A stretch of DNA of 32,907 nt from the NCBI GenBank assembly GCA_048213135.1, contig PS015490.1, forward strand, positions 63,228-96,134, in the 5' to 3' direction. The position numbers and the translations under genes were made by a program. Positions 22,546 to 31,900 of the stretch are shown piece by piece. The notes beneath the pieces were generated by a model that saw nothing but the letters and a program-made list of their open reading frames with translations, was not told where the DNA came from and did not search any database. Within the stretch, counting starts at the first letter, position 1, and each line of letters starts with the position of its first letter. This DNA comes from Reclinomonas americana ATCC 50394. Lineage: Eukaryota.

Positions 22546-25500
22546 TGTGCAAGTTCAAAACAATGAAAGGGAGAACAAAACTCACGACACGCAGTCGAGC
22601 AGATCCTTCTGTCTCCTCCCCTTTTCCCTCCTCCCCTTCTCCCTTTCCCCATTCTCCCCTCATCTCCCCCCTCCAACCCCTTTCCCCCCGACCCCTCCGA
22701 ACCTCCAATCGGTCCCGCGGAATGTACGCCGGCGGATACTGCAGATTGTGATACTGGGAGAACAACACTCGCTGCTCGCGTCGCGGCGGCGGCACAATAG
22801 TCACGGCAATTGGCACGCGCACAGTGTACACCACCACCTCGTCCCATAGTGGTTCACCGGCCGGCGGCGGCGGCGACGGCGGCTGCGGTGCGCGGGAGGC
22901 ACCAGAGCCAACCTTTTTGTTGGTCCATGAGCCTCTCGATTCGCCTTCCATCTCTGCGGCACGAATGGTGTGAGCAACGTGGAAAGAAATAGAATCGCCT
23001 TGCAAAGGCAACAAATACACCTGCCGACTCTTGCCGCCGCATCTGCGCACGCCACGGTCAGCATTGAAAAAAAGACCACTCGCTTCACACAACAAACGCA
23101 CCGATCCCTCCTCCTCCGTCCCGCCGTCCACATCGTCACCGCGCAGCAGTCCGTGCAGCTCACGGTCGCCGATTCGCTCGGCCGCCAGCGCGTCCAGACC
23201 AGGATCGGTCAGCGGCGAGGTGGAGTTATTGTGCGGATCGATGGACGCGGAGCCCAGATGCGGTGACGGAGTGGACAGCGTCTGTCGTCTGCCGACACCG
23301 ACATCGCCAGGCGAGGTGCGCGGCACATGATTGAGAATGGGAATTTCGATTTCGCCAAACACGTCGCCCGAGTATCTATCGACACGAAAAAATTAGCAAA
23401 CGCACATCAAAGATGACCGGCAGAGCACAGACACGCAACTGCAGGCCCCAACGTGTGACAGTCATGTGTACACCGAGTGCGCCAGAGTACGGCCACAAGA
23501 GCGAGTCGCCCGAAAAGGTGACATCCAGCAGGCGCGGATTGCTGCCCTCTGGCAAGTCGCCATTCTGCATCATCGTCTCGACCTGACCTGGATCGGCCAC
23601 TGGATTGAGCTGCACGTAGCGCGGAGTGCCGATGCGACTCGTCACATCCAACGGGTTCGTCACCGTGATGTTCACCGTCAGAGGCATCTGCGTGACCAAA
23701 AAATCAGGAACCTGTCACCTCATTATGCTCGCTCTGCAGACAAGTACCTTGGAGAAATACAGCGGCTGCGCACACAGTGGATACCAGTGGTCACACATGT
23801 CGTGACCGCGGGCATCGGTGCCGGAGCGCAGATCAAGGGCGGCCGGATATGCAGCCGGCATGCGAACACGCGGGATGGAGGCTGTTGGCGGTGGCGGCGA
23901 TGATGACGAGGAGGCAGCAGGCTGGCAATGCGACGCGCAAGTTAACCCAACAGCCACATACCCCAAGAAGCTCAACGAGAGCGCACACACCTGGCGAACG
24001 CTGTCAATAACATCGGCAGCGAGATCCATGGCCCCTCGCAAATCCAGCAAGCCGGCACCCTGCTCGAATGCGTTGTAGGCACGGCTATCCAGTGGCGTGG
24101 CGGAGGCTTGCAGCAGGTGGCGGATGAGTGCGGTGTTGATGAGACGCGATTTGCCCATGGAGGCACCGTCCACTGGAATCGCCGCGGCCTCGGGTGCGTA
24201 CTGCGCGGGCGGGTGTCATGAGCAGAAGAAGAGGAAGCATAGTACTTTCCATCCACCTCCACACACCTTTTTCAACGCCGACACCAGGAGCGCCACAGCA
24301 CCAGTGACCACTGGCGCCGCCACTGAAGTGCCCGACAATTCGCGGCACTGCGTCACCGCCCCGAATTCGTGCGACATGGAGTACAGATTGACACTTGGGG
24401 CGAGGATATCGGGTTTCAGGCGACCATACGTGCCCGGGGCATTCGCTGCCGCCCCCTCACAGTGAGTATATCACACATCCGGACAAAAGAAAAGAGAGAG
24501 AGACACCTACGCAGACAGACCTGATCGCTGATGATGATGCAACTCCCACGTGGTCATGCCGCGCGAGGAGAAGCGCGCGACGCTCGGGGGCGATGTTGTC
24601 GTGTCGGCACCACCAACGCCAATCACGTCGGGTTGATCGCCAGGATTGGCCAGCGTGCCGTACATGGGCCCGTCGTTGCCAATGGCAGAGATGACGATCT
24701 TGCCCTGCGCGGTGACTTCGCGTACCTTGTCGATGAATGGTCGATCCGAGTAGTCGGGTCCACCGATGCTCAAGTTGAGCACGTCAAGGTCGCTAAACAT
24801 GGCGTAGTTGAAGGCGTCCAGGAACCACGACGTGTACGACACCTGGTCGCGCGTAAACACCTTGAACACCACAATCTCGGCTTCGGGCGCCAACCCCGGA
24901 CAGCGCGCGTCGTTGCCGGCCACCACACCGGCCACAAACGAGCCGTGACCCACATTATCGTCGCCAGTCGTCTCCGTGGTCCAGTTGGTGATCTCCACCA
25001 GCTTGTCAAGACCGGGGTGGTTGTGCGAGAGGCCGGTATCAAAAATGCCCACTCGCACTCCCTGGCCCTTCACCGGCAAGCTCCACACCGTCGATGCACC
25101 GAGATACTCGGCCACATTCACCATGCGGCCACCAACCGACAGCAGAGTGCGTCGGTTGGCGGGCGACGGCACAGGACCAGTGACTTTCATGTGACGGCGG
25201 CCCGGATGACGACGCCCCGTCAACTTTTCGTCTCCCGCTGGTGTCGTGGTGTTCGTGGTGCCATCAGCGGGCTTGTCAGCGGACAGCAGATGCCGCAACG
25301 TGCGCTGAGCCGAAACATCGCGCACAGCACCGAGACCGCGCACGGTACGGCGAAACTGTGCATGTGCGCCTGTCGTGCCCACCACCTGCACGGAAGAAAA
25401 AACAGCTTAAGGAACCACCATCATCATTCCGTCGCAGGAATATTCTCTCTTTCTCTTCTCACCGCCACCACGGCAAAATCCGACGGGTATCGTTCAGTGG

Positions 25501-26303
25501 CGAGGTTATGTCGCTCCACCACTCTCCACGAGTAGCGCGGTGGCGCCACATCCCTCACCAACGGCACATGCGACATGCACGGACACTGCGCACGCGACGC
25601 CCGTGCATGCCCCCGACGCACGCGCGGACACCGAGCTGTCGCCACCCACGGTCCCGGCAGCGACTGCTGCAGGTACCGGTGGTGCTTCTCCAGCGGCTGA
25701 TACTCGCGGAACTGCACAATGTACTCGTCTGCGCACACAGTCAGTCATCGCATTGTCGACGAGGAGTAACAACAGTCGAACCTTCCGTGGTCTCCACGAC
25801 TGTAGTCGCCTGTACACCACACAGCGCAAGGTGAGGTGACTGGCAGTGACACAGGAGACAGAGGGGAGTGCGCGCGCAACTGCATGTGCTGCCGACGCCT
25901 TTGTCAAGTGCGACGCCACCAGTGGACCCATCAACGACGCCATGCGCAACTGATCATTGCTGTCGCCCGCCGGCAGCGACAATATCCACACCGCGAGCAC
26001 GCACGCGGTCACGGTGCACACGAGCGGAGTGAGCGACATTCGTCGACGAACGCGCGTGCTCGCCGACTCTGCGAACCCACAGAACGCCTCATATGCCGCT
26101 GCCGCAGATGTGGCATTGCGTGGGGCGCTGTGATGAGGGTTCGTGTCGTTTGTGGTGATGGTGTTGTGCTCCTCCTCTGGTTCATTGTCAGAGGATGAGC
26201 TCGACGAAAGTGGATTGTTGTTGATCAGCTTGCGTTTGCGCGCGGCTTCTGGTGACGAGGTGGTGTCATCACCGCCACCACCACCGCCGAGATCCATGAG
26301 CAT
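20156..26303 (-). CDS. MBTPS1: Membrane-bound transcription factor site-1 protease (S1P/SKI-1, subtilase S8), about 18 exons; alternative start ATG at 26039
   Basis: Catalytic motifs: VGIFDTGL (Asp ~25039), [12 protein letters not shown] (His ~24946), [36 protein letters not shown] (Ser ~24325). S1P-specific motifs: [96 protein letters not shown]. Prodomain RxLL sites RHLL and RTLL. C-terminal [18 protein letters not shown]. Confidence 0.96.
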
Positions 26304-26671
26304 GGAGAAGAGGTTGCGCGCGCGCGTGGGTGGAGTGTTATTTTACAACAGGACGTACGCGAAGTTGCTTGCCACGCGTCTCGGCGAAGTCGGCATTGGC
26401 GAGCAGAGCGTGTGCGTATGTGGCGGTGCTGCCATGCGCGATTATTCTGCGTGCGTGATTGCGGTGACAGAGCTTGTGCGCATGGAGGAGAACACAGTAC
26501 AGAATAAAAGAACGATCGGCGTTCGTACGAAGGCACTCTTCCACGCTGATCACCTCCACTTCTCTGCCCCTCACACCTCCACCTCCAACCACACGCACCA
26601 GACAGCGCGGTGCCGCACAAAGCGCAACGTCGCAGCGTGTCCTGCACTCACATTCCCTCCCCAATACAATC

Positions 26672-27372
26672 ATGTCGAGCGACGACAGCGACAGCGACAG
26701 CGACCACAGACACCCCACTGCCGCCGCACTTGCGGAGTTGACCTCGCGACTGGATGATGTGGAGAGACACATTGACGAGTTTGTGTCCATGTCGGCCATG
26801 GCGAGAGGCGCTGGAGGAGCGCCACAGCCGGGTGTCAAGGGAGGCGACGATGAGGAGCAATTGTCGGCACTGGAGCGCGCCAAGTTGCACGTGTCGTTGG
26901 CGTACGCAGTCAACTCGCTGTACTTTAGTTGCGTCTGTGATGTGAGTCTCGAGTGACTCTTGTGTGCGCTTACTCATTGTGTGACACATACACACACACA
27001 GCGTATCTGAAGACGCAAGGTGTGGCGCCGCAAGACCACCCTGTGGCGCAGGAACTCGATCGTGTCAAGTCCTATGTGAAGAAAGTCAAGGGTCTGCATT
27101 GAGGCGATTGTGTTCCCTTTGTCGTGCTCGCATGCTCATTGTGTGATTACGCAGACGCTGTTGCGCTTGACAAGGGCCCCTCGATGCGCGTCGATGTGCC
27201 GGCTGCTGGTCGCCACATTCGACAGGGCATCACCGGCGCGGCGACCAAGTTCCGCCAGCAAAAGGAGCAAAAGGAGCAGCAGCAGCCGGCGTCGTCGTCG
27301 GTGGATGGCACTCATCGGTCGACGCCGGCTCCGCGCATGCCGCACCTGGCCTTCCGGAAGGAGTTCAAATAA
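26672..27372 (+). CDS. C1D: C1D/Rrp47 (Sas10/C1D family) nuclear exosome cofactor. Exons 26672-26927, 27002-27091, 27155-27372
   Basis: LSALERAKLHVSLAYAVNSLYFT|YLKTQGVAPQDHPVAQELDRVKSYVKKVK|DAVALDKGPSMRVDVPAAGRHIRQGI matches the C1D/Rrp47 consensus, including the C-terminal vD..AA.R.I motif. Confidence 0.92.
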
Positions 27373-27426
27373 GCAGTGTTGTTGTTGTTGTTAACTTGTG
27401 CGCAATAGATGATGTGTTTATGATGG

Positions 27427-28425
27427 TCACTCGGGTCGCATGCGGCAAAAGAAACTCTGTGCGTTGCTGCGTTCGAGCAGGTCGGCTAGTAGTAGGGTCT
27501 GCAGGGCGTCTTGAATGGCACTGGCGAGTTCGCTGATCGATGCAAGGAGGTGAGTGACAGACTGTCTGTGCCTTGCAAGAGAGGACGCCGTCTTTTTTCT
27601 CAAATCACCTGCTGTCTTGATCGCCAGTGGCTGCCTGCTCGATCCACTCCATGTCGCCATCCATGGCCTCCAGCGGGTGCACAGTGAGCGAGAAACACTG
27701 GCAGTGAACACAATCTCGCCTTCTCAGCCTCGGAGATAGGCAACACAGCTGGCGAAGTGCCTGTTGCGACGCTTTCCTCATTCTCCTCGTCCACCACCTG
27801 TCACGCCGGCTGCTGTGGTGAATCTGCGTCACCAACGATATTTATGCGAGGCTGGCGGCGATTCCTCTTTCGGCGGTCTCTGTCAGCACCGTGCGACGGA
27901 ATGGAGTGGCACTCGACGACGACGGTGGCGCCTGTTCAACACAGTCAGGCAGGGCAAGGAAAGGGAGCACTCGCGGCATGACTTCTGACCGAACTCGTCT
28001 TCATCGAGCCCGGCGGCGTGAGAGACTTACCGCTGCGTCACGCCAATGCACAAGTGGCACCGCAAAGGTCGCCTTCCGAGGGCGTTGCAGAATGCCTGAA
28101 TAGGAGTTGATGCTCTGCATGCAACACCCGCGCGCAGCGGTTTCACGCAACACCCGCGCGCAGCGGTTTCACCGGTACAGCATTCTGTGCGTCGACATGC
28201 AGGTGGAGTGCCAGCTGCCAACGCGTTGATCTCGCGCGCCGCTGCGCTTGCAATTGCGCGCGGCACGGCCGGCAGCGGAGATTCGCCGCCGGCAGGCCGT
28301 GCGGCCACTGACACGGGGCGATGGCGCTCCAGTGGACGGCAGCGCACCACTCGGAGTCCATTCGGCGGTGTGAGTGCTGGGGGGACAACCATGCCCAGGC
28401 TGTTTTGCAGCGGCGCGGACTTCAT
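27427..28425 (-). CDS. Small hypothetical protein, about 5-6 exons, structure uncertain
   Basis: Tentative chain: MKSAPLQNSLG...ECCT|GILQRPRKATFAVPLVHWRDAA|...VVDEENEESVATGTSPAVLPISEAEK..MDGDMEWIEQAATGDQDS|SELASAIQDALQTLLLADLLERSNAQSFFCRMRPE*. There is a clear GTAAGT donor at ~28030. No family recognised. Confidence 0.4.
28121..28172. repeat. Perfect 26-bp tandem duplication, GCAACACCCGCGCGCAGCGGTTTCAC x2
   Basis: 28121-28146 is identical to 28147-28172. Confidence 0.95.
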
Positions 28426-28953
28426 CGGCGACCACCCACCGAGCCCGCGAGCCCGCCGGCGCAGAGCTCGGCGCGGCGCTGGTGAATGTGTCAATTACCA
28501 AGTTTCTTTGAGCGTGAGAGGGTCGGATGGGTCAGAGGCGGAGGAGAGTGAACACTTTCAGCGTTACGGCAATTCCCGTTTTGGTATGGGACTTTGAGCT
28601 ATCCGAAAGGAGTTTATTTTTATACATCGTATCAAGCGTGCGAGTAGCGTACTCGCATCTTGCACCGCACAGCTGCGACAAAACCACGTGCAAAATAGTA
28701 CACACCATTGTGAGACAGGTGAGGGAGTGCATCGATGTGATGAGGAGATCACACTGCGCTGCGAGCACACACTCTTTTCGCACGGCGCAGCTCTCTATAG
28801 TGTATTGTTCCGACTTCTTGTTTCTCATTCACTTGCAGCGTGTGTGCGTGTTCTTGTCGTGCATGCACGCCTTCACACTGATGAACATGATCATGCCACA
28901 TACTCAACACGCAAGTGTGCACGCAGGCGCAGAGTGTACACACCAGATAATCA

Positions 28954-31900
28954 ATGGTGGCCGCCGATAACAAGTGGACTGTGTCTGTGTCGCTAGCGCT
29001 GCTGGTGCTGGTGGTGTTTGCGATGTCGCTGCACGCGACTGCGTCGGCGGCTGTCTGTTGCGTGGTTTGGGGGTGAGAAGTGTGGTCGCCAAAAGAAGCA
29101 TCGTACGAGCAATCGCCACCAAGTATCGTGTGCTTTTCCCTTCTAGAGTATAGATTCATGTTAATAAGAGTAAGAGAGAGCGGGAGAAGTGTAGAAAGAG
29201 GGGAGTGAGAGAGTGAGAGAGTGAGAGAGAAAACGTTTGTGGTAAGTCTCATGCCTTATCATAGTTCCTGTATTCCATGTTGATTTGTTGTGAAGACAGT
29301 ATACGCGCGCGTGTAGTGACAACCTCTAAATCGTTTGCCTGGTGATTTCGCAGCCACCTCGTCTGCCAACGTTAACACTGCCGCCACCGCTGCAGCTCGG
29401 GGACAGAAAAGCGTTCATACCCAAGGCTCTCTGATTGGCGGCGTCTATGGTGAGTTGTTCTGCTCTGATCATATGGCTCATTACAGCATTCACTGTGTGC
29501 GCTCTGCTGGTGCATGCAGGTGCCGATTGCACCGCCGACCCTCACGAGTCGAAACGTATCTGGTGGTCAGTCGCCTCGAACGATGACGGCAGCAAGTTGG
29601 TGGCCGTGGTCGAATTCGGTCGCATCTACACCTCCACCGACTCTGGCGCGACGTGGACGCCTCGTGAGTCCGATCGGTACTGGGTCAGTGTGGCCTCTAG
29701 CACCGATGGCAGCAAGCTGGTGGCCGCCGTCTTCTGTGGCGGGCAGCTATACACCTCGGTCGACTCCGGGGCAACGTGGACTCCACACGCTACAGTGCAA
29801 GCGTGGTCGGCGGTGGCCTCCAGCGCCGACGGCTCGAAGCTGGTGGCCGCGGCCTACAGCGACTTCATCTACACCTCCACCGATTCCGGCGAGACATGGA
29901 CGGCACACGATTCAGTTCGACTGTGGATAGCTGTGGCCTCCAGTGCCGATGGCACCAAATTGGTGGCCGCTGTGCGCGACGGTCAGATCTACACTTCGGC
30001 CAACGCCGGCGCGACGTGGATGGCACGAGACACGAATCGACCGTGGGTGGCAGTGGCGTCGAGCAGTGATGGCGTGAAGCTTGTGGCGGTGGCTCTTAGC
30101 GGCCAGATTTACACGTCCGCCGACTCTGGTGCGACGTGGACGGCCCGCGAATCGGCACGTCTGTGGCGTTCGGTGGCCTCAAATAGCGACGGAACGCGGC
30201 TGGTGGCTGTTGCCGGTCACGACAAGCTGTACACGTCGAGTGACTCTGGCGCTACCTGGACACCTCGCGACTCGAACCGCAACTGGTTTGCCGTGGCCTC
30301 CAACGCCGATGGTACGAAGGTGGTGGGCGCTGAGTACGACGGTCGCATCTACATCTTCGACCTCAGCGCATGTGCGCCGTGCTCGGGCTATGGTACGCTC
30401 AACCCGAGCGACAACACTTGTCAGTGCACCATGGGCGACTGTCCGGCTGGCTCGTACCAGTCAGCTGCCTGCTCATCTACTGCCGATCGGGTGTGCACTC
30501 TTTGTTCCACTGGCACCTGTCCGGCTGGCTCGTACCAATCAGCTGCCTGCTCATCTACTGCCAATCGGGTGTGCACTCTTTGTTCCACTGGCAGCTGTCC
30601 GGCTGGCTCGTACCAGTCGGCCGCTTGCTCCTCAACAGCAGATCGTGTTTGCCGGTCGCTGACTGTGTGCGGTGTCGGCGAGGTTGAGTTGCAGGCCCCG
30701 ACGGCCACCACCGATCGAATATGGTGCGTATCACGTGATCACTGCTCATCCATGTTCTTGGTCTTTCTTGCTCGAGTTGGTCTTGACCATTTTCCTTTCC
30801 TCTCTTTATATGCACGATTATTATATTAGTTCTGCTCCGTTTGGCACTGTGTCTGGCACAGTGGTGGACTTGGTCAACGGTCTTCCAGTTGCGAACGTGG
30901 TGGTTTCCATTGAGGGCGTGGAACCGCAGATGACCGGTGCCGCCGGCGCGTTCGTAATCAGTAACGTGCCGGTGGCAGAGAGCACGGTGGTGCGTGCATC
31001 GTCGGTCGGGTACATCGATGCATTCCGCACCGTGTCGGTGGTGGCGGGTACTATCACGACGACTGAAATTCGCTTGCCGACGGCCGGTACGCCCTTTGCC
31101 ATCGACTCCAGTGGCGGCACTCTGGCGAGTAGTGACGGCACGTCGAGCAGCACGCAAGTCATCGTCTCGATGCCGGCATTCGCATTTGTTGATTCGGCCA
31201 CGGGCGAGCCGCTTACCGACCTCGACACCAACCCAGTGACGATTGAGTTCTCGGACTTCACCTTCTCCTCGTCGAGCGACGTGTTGGCGCTTCCTGGCCT
31301 ACTGATCGGTCGAACGGTCAACAACGACGTGGCACCGCTTGAGAGCATTGGCTTCTTTGTGGCAACCATCTCTCCTCGAAACGACGGCATTGTTCCCCAG
31401 CTGGATCCGGCGAAGGGTGTCATCATCTCCATCCCCCAGCCACCGTCGCTGATTGGTGTGGAGGCAATCTCGTTGTGGTATTTTGCTACCGATCTCGGCA
31501 TCTGGGTGGAGGACGGCGTGGCTGAGTTGCAAGCAGGAGGTGCTGGGGTCCAGAGTGCTTATGTCGGAAGGTGTGTGTGTGTGAGAGTGAGAGAGACAGT
31601 GTGTGCGTGTGAGTGTGTGAGTGTGTGAGTGTGTGTGTGAGTGTGCGTGTGTGCGTGCGAAGAGCGAGGAACCTCATGAGCTCACTCTGCGACTGTTGAC
31701 GCACAGCGTGTATCACTTTTCGTATTGGAACTTTGCCCGCGTGTTCGTGCCAGCCTACATCACTGGGCTTGTGCTGTCGAGTAATGGGTTACCGCTTGCT
31801 GGTTCCACTGTCTACTACTCTGGTGTCAGCTACGTTGGCACCATTTCTGTGTTGACTTCTGATGACGGCTTGTTCAAATTGCTTGTCAAGGGCGGTGGCG

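Noticed and set aside
24531-25535. 334-aa + strand ORF
   Set aside because: It is antisense to the S1P catalytic exon.
16115-27372. RPP38-like and C1D (both rRNA-processing factors) near each other as a functional cluster
   Set aside because: They are about 10 kb apart, on opposite strands and separated by unrelated genes; chance is sufficient.
28121-28172. Repeat ending in GTTTCAC, superficially like a CRISPR direct repeat
   Set aside because: Only two abutting copies, no spacer, no cas genes, and a eukaryotic intron context.
28749-29252. 167-aa minus-strand ORF (TTSTSSASDTDT)
   Set aside because: It is the antisense reading of the signal-peptide exon of the secreted protein plus intron sequence.
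29435-29519. Apparent signal peptide MVSCSALIIWLITAFTVCALLVHAG at the start of ORF 29435-30829
   Set aside because: Better explained as an intron (G|GTGAGT 29450 ... tgcag 29519) read through in frame, and a better signal peptide exists at 28954. It could still serve as an alternative start.
29558-30365. Sialidase or xyloglucanase enzyme call for the Asp-box repeats
   Set aside because: Asp-boxes alone are structural, and no catalytic motifs are visible.
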